Origin: an uncultured cyanobacterium
Lineage (GTDB): Bacteria > Cyanobacteriota > Cyanobacteriia > PCC-9006 > JAAUQQ01
Length of the DNA stretch: 64,000 nt
Reading direction: 5' to 3'
Assembly (NCBI GenBank): GCA_963718615.1
Contig: OY970368.1
Location: 5,632,001-5,696,000 of the forward strand
Positions 1-9,956 of this stretch are shown piece after piece; the stretch's first letter is position 1, and each line of letters starts with the position of its first letter. The notes under the pieces were generated by a model. That model saw only the letters and a list, made by a program, of their open reading frames with translations, searched no databases and was not told the origin of the DNA. Both the position numbers and the translations under genes were made by a program.

Positions 1-353
1 AGGACTTGATCCCCAGTGCGTTACTCTATAAATAGGAGCTTAGAAAAGCTTCTGAACCAAAATCTATCTTTTAGATTCTTGGAGGTTTCCTATCGGATCT
101 AATTTTGTTTTTCTTGGTTTTAATAAAGCAGCACCCAACCCGGTTGCTCTCATTTCCTAATCTGGAATGCTGGGAGTTCTGTTGTCGATTCATCTCTTTA
201 GTTCTTCTAAAGATTCCTCTAAAGATTGAATGAGACTCCATCTCTAAGTAGACTTTGTATATTAAGGAAGCGATTGAGTGTTCGGCAAGGGTGCTGCTTT
301 TTGATGTTAAACCTGCAGGCTATAAGGCTTTAATGGGGAGCGAAAATTCAAGA

Positions 354-788
354 TTATGGAAGGGGCAGCTTCACCACCGTGAGCCAAAAATCTTGAATTA
401 CTTGAATAACTTGAATAAACTGTTGAATATCCACGGGCTTTGTAATATAGCAATTAGCCGCGAGCTCGTAGGATCGGAGAATATCGACTTCATCGGCTGA
501 GGTCGTTAAAATAACAACCGGGATAATTTTTAGCGCCGAATCCCGTTTGATCTCCTGTAAAACTTCCCGCCCGTCCATGCCTGGAAGATTGAGATCTAAA
601 AGAATCAAATCTGGGCGAGTTGCATCGACATAGTCTCCCTGCCGCAGTAGATAATCCATCGCCGTATCCCCATCCGCAACCCAGTAAATATTGTTACTTA
701 ACTTGCTGTTGCGTAAATTTGATAAGGTGATATCGGCATCACTGGGTGAGTCTTCAATCAGTAGGATTTCGATGGGACGGGAAGGCAT
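354..788 (-). CDS. Single-domain response regulator (Rcp1-like receiver)
   Basis: ILLIEDS, LILLDLNLPG (phospho-Asp), ILTTS, YITKP and C-terminal DFWLTVVKLP typical of the Rcp1 family; lies 4 bp downstream of the kinase gene. Confidence 0.92.
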   Translation of the reverse strand: MPSRPIEILLIEDSPSDADITLSNLRNSKLSNNIYWVADGDTAMDYLLRQGDYVDATRPDLILLDLNLPGMDGREVLQEIKRDSALKIIPVVILTTSADEVDILRSYELAANCYITKPVDIQQFIQVIQVIQDFWLTVVKLPLP

Positions 789-792
789 AGTT

Positions 793-3225
793 CTAAGATT
801 CTAAGAGCAACGTAAAGTAAATTGTAGTCCCCTTTCCGAGGTCTGATTCGGCCCAAATTTCGCCACCGTGGCGTTCGACGACCCGTTTGCAAATGGCTAA
901 CCCGATGCCGGTGCCTGGAAATTGCTCTCGGGTGTGTAATCGGCGAAAAATTTCAAAAATTCGTTCGAAATACCTTTCTTTGATGCCGATGCCATTGTCC
1001 TGTACAGAAAATAGCCAATAAACCTGGTTTGGGTGGGTCAAATTAGTTTGCTGGGCTGCTTGTATGTGAATTTGGGGAGAACCGGAAAGATTGAATTTTA
1101 TTCCGTTACTGAGTAGATTTTGGAAAAGCTGAAGGAACTGAGTGCGATCGCCCCTCACCGTTGGCAGTCCCTCGAAGTAAATCTGGGTCTGGGAGGAGGC
1201 GATCGCCTCCTGCAAATTTCCCAAAATCTCCGCCAGCAGCTCATTGCAATCGACTTCAACCCATTTGAGTTCCAAACTGCCTACCCGTGAATAGGCCAGC
1301 AAATCCTGAATCAGCATTCGCATCCGTTGGGAGCCATCCAGTAAAAAGGCTGTGTATTTTTGCGCCTTGGGATCCGAGAGCTTTTCGCCGTATTCGCTTA
1401 ACAGGAGCTGTGTATAGGCCGTGATCGCCCGCAGGGGCTCTTGCAAATCGTGAGAGGTCACGTAGGCAAATTGTTCTAATTCTTGATTCGAGCGCCGCAG
1501 CTCTTGATTGAGTTGCTGAAGCTGCTTCTCGGTCTCTTTTTGACGGGTAATATCGACATGACAGCCGATCATGCGCAAGGGATTGCCCTGCTCATCCCAA
1601 TCAATCACCCGCCCTGAACAAATGACCCAAACCGTATTACCATTTTTGTGACGAAATCGGATCTCCTTGCAGTAAGGGATCTGCCCTCGGCTTTGAAAAT
1701 GTTGCTCAAAATTCTCTAACACTTTCGACAAATCTTCAGGAAAGATGGGATGCTGCCAGCTATCAAATTCTGTGAGTTCGTCGATACCGTATCCCAGCAT
1801 GCGCTTCCAGGTTGGGCTGAGGTAGACTGTCTGGCTGGAAATATCCCAATCCCAATAGCCTGCTAGGGTGCTCTCCAAAATATCTTCCAAAATCCGCAAC
1901 TCGCTTTTTAGGGCCTCCGCTTGCTTCAGTGCGGTGATATCTGTATGGGTGCCTAACATGCGCTGGGGCATACCCTTTTCATCCCAGGCCATGATTTTGC
2001 CGACGGAGAACATCCATTTCCAGTCACCATTGGCTGTACGGATGCGAAATTCGACCGCATATTCTGGAATTTCACCCCGCACATAGGCTTGATAGGTTGC
2101 AACAATAGAGTCTCGCTCTTCGGGATGGAGCCGTTCAGCCCATTGACTCGCTGATTCTTCGAAAGTTTGGGGATCGTAGCCCAGCATCCGAGCATAATTC
2201 TCATTTACAATCACCTTTCCCGTTTGAATCTCGGCGTCATAGAGCCCCTGATTCGCAGCGGAAAGCGCTAAGCGCAGGCGAGCTTCGCTTTCCTGTAACG
2301 CAGATGCTGTTTGCTGGCGCTGCATAGCATTGAGCACCGTTTCTGCAAAAAAATGCAGTGCCTGAATATTCTGTTCTGTCCAGGATTGGGGCTGTCGCAG
2401 GGCTGCGAATCCGACGGATCCCAACACCTGTCCTTCGGCAGAGATAATGGGGATGAGCAGGAGCGATCGCACCCCAAATTGTAGCCAGTTTTTTTGGTCG
2501 ATCGCAGCTTCTGGAGGCAGATCTACAATATTAGGGATGCAGACAGTTTCTCCACCTCTAATTTTTTCTTTTGACCAGGGGAAAAAGCTGCTAGAAAGGT
2601 TTTGAAGCTGCTCTTTCTGAGGGGAAATGCCTGCTCGAACCCATTCGTAGGCCATGCGGGCAAAAGCTACATCTGCTGTGTATTCAAAAACATAGCAAGT
2701 GTCGAGTTGTAGCAGCTCGCCCAGGGATTGCAACGCTTGCTGGATAATGCGGGGGAGTTGCTCCGCAGGAGATTGAATGAAGGTTCTAAAGAGGTTCGCC
2801 AACTCGCGATCGAGCTCAACTTGAGCCTGAAGCTGCAGTTCAATCGCAGTGGATTTGCCACGATCGGCCTCTGTTACCAAAATTCCCTGGATTTCTCCCA
2901 TAGCATTGTGTAATAAGCCCATGGAAAACCCCATAGAACCAGGAGAATGCATGTGATCAACGTTGGGGAACTGACCATGAACAGGGGCAGAGGGAGGCAT
3001 GGGTAGATGGGCCAGAGCAGAGCGCAGTTCTGCCTGCTGCTGGGGGACCTCTTGCCAAAGGGGACAATCGATCAATGGCTTGCCCAGTAAAGTATCTCGC
3101 CCGAGACCGCTGACCTGAAGAAAAGCCTGATTGACCTCTACAATGGTGCCATCCAGCGCCAAGATTACCATCCACCGGGAGGCTTGGTCAAAAACGGCTT
3201 GGAGTTGGGTGTAGCTTGCTGGCAT
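793..3225 (-). CDS. Multi-sensor histidine kinase (PAS-GAF-PAS/PAC-PAS/PAC-HisKA-HATPase)
   Basis: H-box FAYVTSHDLQEPLR, N-box QNLLSNGIKF, G-boxes VQDNGIGI and GTGIGLAICK; PAS_3 motifs (RLHPEER, GTHTDIT, GCHVDIT); GAF region AYEW...VRSLLLIPI. Confidence 0.92.
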   Translation of the reverse strand: MPASYTQLQAVFDQASRWMVILALDGTIVEVNQAFLQVSGLGRDTLLGKPLIDCPLWQEVPQQQAELRSALAHLPMPPSAPVHGQFPNVDHMHSPGSMGFSMGLLHNAMGEIQGILVTEADRGKSTAIELQLQAQVELDRELANLFRTFIQSPAEQLPRIIQQALQSLGELLQLDTCYVFEYTADVAFARMAYEWVRAGISPQKEQLQNLSSSFFPWSKEKIRGGETVCIPNIVDLPPEAAIDQKNWLQFGVRSLLLIPIISAEGQVLGSVGFAALRQPQSWTEQNIQALHFFAETVLNAMQRQQTASALQESEARLRLALSAANQGLYDAEIQTGKVIVNENYARMLGYDPQTFEESASQWAERLHPEERDSIVATYQAYVRGEIPEYAVEFRIRTANGDWKWMFSVGKIMAWDEKGMPQRMLGTHTDITALKQAEALKSELRILEDILESTLAGYWDWDISSQTVYLSPTWKRMLGYGIDELTEFDSWQHPIFPEDLSKVLENFEQHFQSRGQIPYCKEIRFRHKNGNTVWVICSGRVIDWDEQGNPLRMIGCHVDITRQKETEKQLQQLNQELRRSNQELEQFAYVTSHDLQEPLRAITAYTQLLLSEYGEKLSDPKAQKYTAFLLDGSQRMRMLIQDLLAYSRVGSLELKWVEVDCNELLAEILGNLQEAIASSQTQIYFEGLPTVRGDRTQFLQLFQNLLSNGIKFNLSGSPQIHIQAAQQTNLTHPNQVYWLFSVQDNGIGIKERYFERIFEIFRRLHTREQFPGTGIGLAICKRVVERHGGEIWAESDLGKGTTIYFTLLLES

Positions 3226-3394
3226 GGGATAGCCCCGATTGGGTCTTATGCTTTGTCATCGAATCTTGACTTGAATCGCTTGTGATATAAAGTTAAGTAT
3301 AGTCAACTTTAATTGCTGTAACAGTTATTCGTTAAGTCACAATAATCTTTAATATGCCAAGATCAAAATCTTAGGATGAAAGACAGGTTTCGAT

Positions 3395-4534
3395 ATGGTA
3401 AATTCTAAAACCCAACGACTGCTGCTGGTGGAGGATTCTTCGACTGATGCTGATCTTTTTTGTTTACGTTTGGAACAGGTGACTCAACCGTTTCAAATTA
3501 GCCATGTAACGACGCTAAAAGCCGCGATCGAAGCTTGTAAGAATAGTCAGTTTGATGCAGTTTTATTAGATCTCAATCTTCCCGATTCTCAAGGTGTTCA
3601 GACCGTTGCTGAATTTTGCGGAATCGTCCATGATGCACCGGTCATTATTCTCACGGGTGTTGATGAGCAACGAATTGCGCTAAAGGCGATTTCGGCGGGG
3701 GCTCAAGATTATTTGGTTAAAGACGAAGTCAGTACGAAGGCACTGGTCAATGCGCTGCAATATGCTCGCCGCCGCCACCGCCTGCGTCAGCAGCTCGTTC
3801 AGCGCAATGAAGAGTTATTTAAAACGCTAGATCAAACCCTAAAACAAGGACAGTTAAAAACCTCGTTTTTGGGAGCCGCCATGCATCAAATCAAGAGTCC
3901 TGTCAATTTGATCGGCGTGTGTGTAGAAGCACTGAAGCAGACGAGTCAGGAGGTGGATGCCGATCTTCGGAGTCGTCGCCTGATGCAAATTGAACGGGCG
4001 GTGTCTGTGGTGTTTGAGTTTCTAGATGCAATGCAGCTCATGGTTGCGAATGCTGATGCTTCCAAAACACTGAAGATCGAGCTGCTGGATTTGCCGGAAT
4101 TTTGTGAAAATATCATTGCGTCTTTGCGGTTTCAGTTTGTGCATGAGCCGCAGATCAACCTCTATTATCCGCCTGAAGGAGTAAATGTCAGACTGGAACC
4201 TATTTTGGTGCGATATATTCTCTCCAATTTGCTGAACAATGCGGTGAAGTACTCAAAAGATGATGCGGCGATCGTCCTAGAGGTTCAACCTGGGGGGGAG
4301 GAGGTAACATTTGTGGTGAGCGATCGCGGTATCGGCATTCCTGCGGTAGATCAAGCCCACATCCTAGAACCCTTTTATCGAGCCGATAATGCCCGTGAAT
4401 GCGCCCTGGGCAATGGTTTGGGCTTGGCAATTGTGGCGAGTTGCCTTGAACTCCATCAAGGGACGATGGAGATTGACAGTGAATTGGATGTAGGCACGAC
4501 GGTAACGGTAACGTTGCCCGTGATTCCCGCTTAG
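3395..4534 (+). CDS. Hybrid receiver-histidine kinase (REC-HisKA-HATPase)
   Basis: REC motifs LLLVEDS, LLDLNLPD, DYLVK; atypical H-box AMHQIKSP; NLLNNAVKYS, DRGIGI, GNGLGLAIV. Confidence 0.9.
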   Translation: MVNSKTQRLLLVEDSSTDADLFCLRLEQVTQPFQISHVTTLKAAIEACKNSQFDAVLLDLNLPDSQGVQTVAEFCGIVHDAPVIILTGVDEQRIALKAISAGAQDYLVKDEVSTKALVNALQYARRRHRLRQQLVQRNEELFKTLDQTLKQGQLKTSFLGAAMHQIKSPVNLIGVCVEALKQTSQEVDADLRSRRLMQIERAVSVVFEFLDAMQLMVANADASKTLKIELLDLPEFCENIIASLRFQFVHEPQINLYYPPEGVNVRLEPILVRYILSNLLNNAVKYSKDDAAIVLEVQPGGEEVTFVVSDRGIGIPAVDQAHILEPFYRADNARECALGNGLGLAIVASCLELHQGTMEIDSELDVGTTVTVTLPVIPA

Positions 4535-6685
4535 CTATCCCAGTCGCAAAACTTTGTTAGAAATAAATGAACCGTGCTCGATCGAGAGTTGACCGGCTTC
4601 GACCTGATGCCGAATGCGATCGCCCCGATATTGTGCCTGGGTCATGGGTTTACTGCCAAAGCTGGGTCGAATGTCCAAATAGCAGTCTAAAACCCGTTGC
4701 TCTTCAGCGGTGGAGCCTTGCAGGAGATCCTGGGGCGCGAGGTCGAGCTGCCAAAGGGCTTCTGCCAGCGTTGACGCCACATAGGCCGGACGATTGACAT
4801 GGTGATCTAGCAACAGTGCTACGCCAAACTCGGAGGTAATGAGACGGGATAGCGCATAGCCATCGAGACTGCTCTGACGGACAAAATAAAATTTATCGAT
4901 GCGATCTACGGCATGCAAAATTTCAATTGCCTGCACAACGGGATCGCGACCCGCGACCGCAAATCGATAGGCCCAAAGCGGTTGCCGCAGAATACTCTTT
5001 TGCGCATCGCTGCGCAGGGTCGTGCCGTCGAGCGTGATCCATCCCCGGACGCCATCACTGCCTTCCACATCCAAGCCAAACTGTCCCCAATAGTGCTCGA
5101 ACGCCTCCGGCTCGGCGCTTTTGAGCCGACTCAGAAACGCACCCAGTTCCCCCGGACGTTCGGCATTGCCCACACTCCACTGAAACAGGCCAAAGCTGAG
5201 ATACTGGCTGTCCCAGGTATTCACGGTGTCCAAATAGCCTTCGTTTTCGGATAGGGCGGCGATCGCATTGATTTCCGAATCGCTTAGATAAAGCTTTGCC
5301 AAATCGGCCCGTGCCGTCTGAATAAAACTGCGGGGATGCTCGGTGCCTCGGCGATAGAGACCCTGCTGATAGGTTATCCCTACAACTTCTGTTTCTTTGG
5401 AATCGGGCCACTGGGCAAAGAGGGTGTCATTCTCCTGGGTAAACTGCACGATGCTGGCTCTGGCGATCGCTGAACTCCGTGGAACAACGGGTGGGGCGGG
5501 TAGAGGAGTTGTTCCTGCAACGGGTGGATTGGGATAGGGTGTGGCGCTGGGGGGAGGGGTGGGTGATGGAGTTGGGGGGGATAGAGGGGTGGCTGTGGAA
5601 GAAGTGGGGATTTTGAGGACCATGCCGATGCGTAGGTCGTGGGTGCTGGTGATCTGGTTGAGATGGGCGATTTCGCGCCAGCGATCGCCGTTGCCTAAGG
5701 TTTTTTGGGCGATTTTGATCAGACTATCGCCAGGTTGGACGGTGTAGGTCTGTGGGGGATTGGGGGGGTGGGGAGTTGAGGGTTGGGCGGGTGATGGGGT
5801 GGCGGGTTGGGGGAGGGTAGAGGTCGGGATTTTGAGGACCATGCCGACGCGGAGGGCGCTGGGGTTGGTGATGTTATTGGCTTTGGCAATATCTCGCCAG
5901 CGATCGCCATGTCCTAGGGTTTTTTGGGCGATGCTAATCAGGCTATCGCCCCGCTGGACGGTATAGGTTTGGGCCGTGATGCTGGGGGGCGTTGGTATTG
6001 GGGGCTGAGAAGAAGGCGGTGGGGTGGGGTGGGGGGCAGAGGGAGTGGATGCTTTAGGCGGTTGAGAAGCTAGGGGGGATGTAGGGCTGGGAATTTTGAG
6101 GACCATGCCCACCCGGAGGATGGCGGGGTTGGTGATGCGGTTGATCTGGGCGATTTCGCGCCAGCGGTTGCTGTTGCCGAGGGTTTTCTTGGCGATGGTG
6201 CTGAGGGTGTCGCCGGGTTGGACGGTGTAGGTGTTGGAGGGAGTGGAGCGTGGGGATGGGGGGGCAGGTGATGGGATGAGGTCTCGGGGTTGGGCGGTTT
6301 GGGGTTCTGGGCTTTGAGATTCTGGAGTTTGAGGGTCTGGAATTTGGGGGTGTGGAATTTGGGGGGGTGGGAGTTTGGCAATGCTGGGAATTTTGAGAAT
6401 TCTGCCCACTCGCAGGGCGCTGGCGGTTTCGATCTCATTGAGCTGGGCGATTTCGGGCCAGTGGTTTTCGTCGCCGAGGGTTTTTTGGGCGATCGCCCGC
6501 AATGTATCACCGGACTCAACGATATATTCGCTGTCGGGTAATTGAATGACCTGCCCCACCCGCAGGGAACCGGGGTTGCGAATGCCGTTCAGGGCTGCAA
6601 GCTGTTGCCAAGCATCGCCGTTGCCGAGGTGTTGGCGTGCGATGGTGGTGAGGGTGTCGCCGGGTTGAACGGTGTAGGGTTTCAT
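4535..6685 (-). CDS. Five-LysM peptidoglycan-binding protein with Pro-rich linkers and a putative lysozyme-like C-terminal domain
   Basis: Five Y(T/I)VxxGD(T/S)LxxIA...W..IA..N.I...LR(V/I)G..L.IP LysM repeats; C-terminal SENEGYLDTVNTWD...SFGLFQW segment. Confidence 0.85.
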   Translation of the reverse strand: MKPYTVQPGDTLTTIARQHLGNGDAWQQLAALNGIRNPGSLRVGQVIQLPDSEYIVESGDTLRAIAQKTLGDENHWPEIAQLNEIETASALRVGRILKIPSIAKLPPPQIPHPQIPDPQTPESQSPEPQTAQPRDLIPSPAPPSPRSTPSNTYTVQPGDTLSTIAKKTLGNSNRWREIAQINRITNPAILRVGMVLKIPSPTSPLASQPPKASTPSAPHPTPPPSSQPPIPTPPSITAQTYTVQRGDSLISIAQKTLGHGDRWRDIAKANNITNPSALRVGMVLKIPTSTLPQPATPSPAQPSTPHPPNPPQTYTVQPGDSLIKIAQKTLGNGDRWREIAHLNQITSTHDLRIGMVLKIPTSSTATPLSPPTPSPTPPPSATPYPNPPVAGTTPLPAPPVVPRSSAIARASIVQFTQENDTLFAQWPDSKETEVVGITYQQGLYRRGTEHPRSFIQTARADLAKLYLSDSEINAIAALSENEGYLDTVNTWDSQYLSFGLFQWSVGNAERPGELGAFLSRLKSAEPEAFEHYWGQFGLDVEGSDGVRGWITLDGTTLRSDAQKSILRQPLWAYRFAVAGRDPVVQAIEILHAVDRIDKFYFVRQSSLDGYALSRLITSEFGVALLLDHHVNRPAYVASTLAEALWQLDLAPQDLLQGSTAEEQRVLDCYLDIRPSFGSKPMTQAQYRGDRIRHQVEAGQLSIEHGSFISNKVLRLG

Positions 6686-6733
6686 GGGGGCAGGGGGAGT
6701 GAGGACAGGGGGCCTTACAGTCCTATTAAAGAT

Positions 6734-9238
6734 CTAATTCAAGAAGCCTTGCCACTGGGTGATCGCCTGTTGGGCGGCGGGGTAGACTTCCATATCTGGC
6801 GGTACGAGGCGGGCGGCGGCGATCGCCATGGCCCACTGACTCTGTTTGGCGCGCTGTTCGGCAATGTTCAAAATCTCGCGACTCCAAGCTTGCCGGAGCT
6901 GGTCGGCTTCGGCGGTGGTGGCGTTTCCTCGGGGAATGCCTCGGGCGATGGCGATCGCCTGGTTATAGGAAGAAGCCTGACCCGGACGCACGACGGCTTT
7001 GGCGTACTGGAGCTGAGAGGGCACTTGCCACTGACTAATGCCCTGCTGGGCGGCGGGGTAACCGGCGATATCGGGGGGAACCAAACGGGCAGCGGCGATC
7101 GCCCCCAAATAATCCCCTTGATTGGCCCGCTGTTCGGCCATGGCAACGATGTCGCGGCCCCAGCGATCCATGGCAGCACGGGCCTGTTGATAACCGGGGT
7201 CGGTGGAGGGGATGGTGCGAGCTTGGGCGATCGCCTGGTTATAGCTAGAGGCTTGACCGGGTTTGACTAGACCGGCTGCGGTTTGGAGGGCGGGGGAAGG
7301 CGGCGCTGAGGCATTAGGAGTTTCAGCCTGGGAAGGGGAAGCTTGAGGGGATGAAGCTTGAGGGGATGAAGCTTGAGAGGGCGAGGCTGGGGGCGGACTC
7401 GCAGAAGCCGTTGGGCTAACCGCAGACGCTGGAGGCACTGGACTTGCAGAGGAACTGGGAGCCGTAGACGGTGAGGGGGAAGGGGCAGGGCTGGGGGTGG
7501 TACTAAAGCCTTGGGCCGAAGGGGTATTGCTGGGGCTGGGGCTGGGATTAGTGCTGGGATTGAGCTGTTCAGGGGGGCTATCGAGGTCGTTGTCTTTGCC
7601 ACGATTAAACATGCCCCAGAGCCCCAAAAGAGCCAGAAGCATCAAACCCGGCACCCAAAGTAGACGCGGCGTTAGCCAAGCAGGCCAGCCAGTACTGACG
7701 GGACGAGGCGTTGTGGCTTCGGTGGAATCTTCAGGGTCGAGGGGATCTAGTTCGATGATTGGCATACCGCCATCATCGTCCTCTTCGATGAGGCCACCGA
7801 AGCTTTCAATGTCAATCGTATTCAGGTCAATCGTATTCAGGTCGGGGGACGCTTGACCGGGGTCTATTCCATTGCTACCCCCACTCCAGATCAGGGCTCC
7901 GTCTGACCCGCTGTCTCCATAGGGCGGCGGTTCAGGGAAAATAAGGGAGGCTGTGGTGCTGGAATTATCGTTACTGCCGCTGTTGCTACTGCCTCCTAGA
8001 CTGCCTCCCGGATTACCTTCCTCGGGGGCCACAACCAAATCGGCCCATTGCCAGTTGGATCCCCCAGCCTTACCGTCTTCGTAGTCATAGACAACCGGAT
8101 TGCTCGTGGTCGTTCCATTGCCCAGGTCTAGTTCGTGGTCTTCTTCCCAGGCTAGGGCATAGGGATCGAGGTTGCCGTTGGTGTCGCTGTCAGAGGAGAC
8201 CGGATCGAGGGTGCCCGTTGGGGTCGGAACACCGGGTTCGTTGTCGAGGTTGAGGTAGGGGTCAGTGCTATTGCCGTTACCGTTACTATTGCCACTGCCG
8301 TTACTGTTACCGTTGGCATTGCCATTACCATTGCCGTTCGGACCGCCGAGATTGGAGTTTTCCCAGGTCCAGGTGCCAGCAAAGTCTTGGCCGAGGTCGC
8401 TGTCCGTACTGGTCGGAATGTAGTTGATATCGAGGGGCGTGATCGCGTCGCCTGCGCCGAGGATGCTGCTGCCGAGGGTGGTGCTGGTGCTGACGGTGCC
8501 GACGCCGATGGGTTGAGCGGGGGCGATCGCAAATTCCCCCACGGTCAGCGGACTTTGCAAGGGTCGCCAGTAATGGTTACTTAATTCCTCCATCCGATGC
8601 CGCAGATCTTGATCGAGGGCCTTGAGGCTGTCCACCGTTGGGTTTTGCAACGCTTCCAGTAGCGCCACGGTGAAAAATCCGTGCCGGAGCCCCGCTGCTT
8701 CACGGGAAAACTGGTCCTTTTGGGGTTCGCAGGATTGGAGCGTAGCAATGCCGTACTCATGGGCCAAGGCAGCGGTTTGAATCCCTACGGGTTCCGCTAG
8801 GGTGCCTTCGTTGTGGTTCATGTCCAGGAGCATCAGGATTCGCTGGGTGCGGGCTTCCTTGAACAACTGAAAAATTTCTTTGAACGTAATGCCGGTGGCG
8901 TCGGCCTGGGCGGGGTCGCCATCCACGGGCATGAGGTAGTCGGCCCCAAGGGTGTGGATGCCGTAGCCACAAAAGAAAACCCACAGTTCGTCGTCGGGCT
9001 GGAGGGCTTCATCCACAAGCCACTGTAACCATTGCAAAATCGTGGTGCGCAACGGAAAGGTGGATTGACCGAGATGGAGTGCTGAGGCGGTGGTTAGGAG
9101 GAGGCAATTTTCCGGGGCGATGCGATCGCTATCAATTAAATAGCGACAGAGGGCTTCTGCGTCGTTCTGGGCGTAGGTGAGGGATTGGAATGCTTGATAT
9201 GTATTGATGCCGATGGCGATCGCCCAATGCTTGCCCAT
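6734..9238 (-). CDS. Caspase-fold (peptidase C14) pseudo-orthocaspase with low-complexity linker, TM helix and duplicated C-terminal helical domain
   Basis: N-terminal WAIAIGINTY...LTYAQNDA; FFCGYG (His replaced by Tyr) and LLDMNH (Cys replaced by Asn); HGFFTVALLEAL; TM LLWVPGLMLLALLGLWGMF; two GQASSYNQAIA...AARLVPPD...QWQ repeats. Confidence 0.85.
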   Translation of the reverse strand: MGKHWAIAIGINTYQAFQSLTYAQNDAEALCRYLIDSDRIAPENCLLLTTASALHLGQSTFPLRTTILQWLQWLVDEALQPDDELWVFFCGYGIHTLGADYLMPVDGDPAQADATGITFKEIFQLFKEARTQRILMLLDMNHNEGTLAEPVGIQTAALAHEYGIATLQSCEPQKDQFSREAAGLRHGFFTVALLEALQNPTVDSLKALDQDLRHRMEELSNHYWRPLQSPLTVGEFAIAPAQPIGVGTVSTSTTLGSSILGAGDAITPLDINYIPTSTDSDLGQDFAGTWTWENSNLGGPNGNGNGNANGNSNGSGNSNGNGNSTDPYLNLDNEPGVPTPTGTLDPVSSDSDTNGNLDPYALAWEEDHELDLGNGTTTSNPVVYDYEDGKAGGSNWQWADLVVAPEEGNPGGSLGGSSNSGSNDNSSTTASLIFPEPPPYGDSGSDGALIWSGGSNGIDPGQASPDLNTIDLNTIDIESFGGLIEEDDDGGMPIIELDPLDPEDSTEATTPRPVSTGWPAWLTPRLLWVPGLMLLALLGLWGMFNRGKDNDLDSPPEQLNPSTNPSPSPSNTPSAQGFSTTPSPAPSPSPSTAPSSSASPVPPASAVSPTASASPPPASPSQASSPQASSPQASPSQAETPNASAPPSPALQTAAGLVKPGQASSYNQAIAQARTIPSTDPGYQQARAAMDRWGRDIVAMAEQRANQGDYLGAIAAARLVPPDIAGYPAAQQGISQWQVPSQLQYAKAVVRPGQASSYNQAIAIARGIPRGNATTAEADQLRQAWSREILNIAEQRAKQSQWAMAIAAARLVPPDMEVYPAAQQAITQWQGFLN
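8268..8340 (-). repeat. Gly/Asn-coding short tandem repeats inside the pseudo-caspase gene
   Basis: Repeated ttgccgttac/ttaccgtt units encoding NGNGNGNANGNSNGSGNSNGNGN. Confidence 0.7.
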
Positions 9239-9455
9239 CTGAAAAATCCCCTTAGTTCACCCGACCAGCGGTTTATGACCGGCAGCAATTTAGCACAGAA
9301 ATTCGATTTCAACCCCAGAAAATCCACCGAATCTTGACTCGGACGCTCCAAAGGGTCGGGGAGTTTGCTACAACTGAGGCGATATTGATATCACTGGGCT
9401 ATCGTTTGTCATTCTGTTTTGTCATTTTGTATTGTCGAGGTGTTGGGGAATGGCC

Positions 9456-9863
9456 ATGGTAAATCGCTTGTGCTCGAATCGGTTGAGCGGTTGGGGGCTC
9501 TTGTGGGTGGTGGCGATGGGGAGTCTAACCATTCTGCCGAAACTCATTTCTCCGGCTCCAGCCCAAGCCTATGTGGCAGAAGTCCCGGTCTCGATCGATA
9601 TCGGCAGCAGCAACAGCTACGCCACGATGTTGCGCAGAGCCGAACAGGTCGCCCGCGCGGCGGCCCAGCGCTCCTTTGACAATGACATTTTGGTGACGGA
9701 AGTGGCGGTGATGATTACGGGCAACTATCGCGGTCTGGAGGTGCCGGTGCTGTCCCTAGAGATCGGGCGCTCTGACTGGCAAGCCCAGCCCGATCCAAAG
9801 CTGTGGGCGACGTATTATCCCATGAGCAAAAGCTTGCTGGGGTTTGGCAGCGAGCCAGAATAA
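9456..9863 (+). CDS. Conserved cyanobacterial hypothetical exported protein
   Basis: Hydrophobic N-terminus ending AQA; RRAEQVARAAAQRSFDNDILVTEV...PDPKLWATYY. ATG start at 9450 or 9456. Confidence 0.7.
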   Translation: MVNRLCSNRLSGWGLLWVVAMGSLTILPKLISPAPAQAYVAEVPVSIDIGSSNSYATMLRRAEQVARAAAQRSFDNDILVTEVAVMITGNYRGLEVPVLSLEIGRSDWQAQPDPKLWATYYPMSKSLLGFGSEPE

Positions 9864-9956
9864 GTCCTGCCTACAACCGCACAACCGCCTGCCAAAATCT
9901 GAGCCTCAATCAGGAGTGTTAGGATCCAGTCATACTGTGCCTGAACCATTGGCATC

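Noticed and set aside
793-3225. Kinase as a phytochrome/cyanobacteriochrome (cph1)
   Set aside because: The GAF domain lacks recognisable bilin-binding motifs and no PHY domain is evident.
5530-6400. G-run tracts as regulatory G-quadruplexes
   Set aside because: Explained by CCC-rich Pro codons of the LysM linkers on the minus strand.
6542-7270. 242-aa plus-strand ORF
   Set aside because: Antisense shadow of the GC-rich pseudo-caspase and LysM genes; no motifs.
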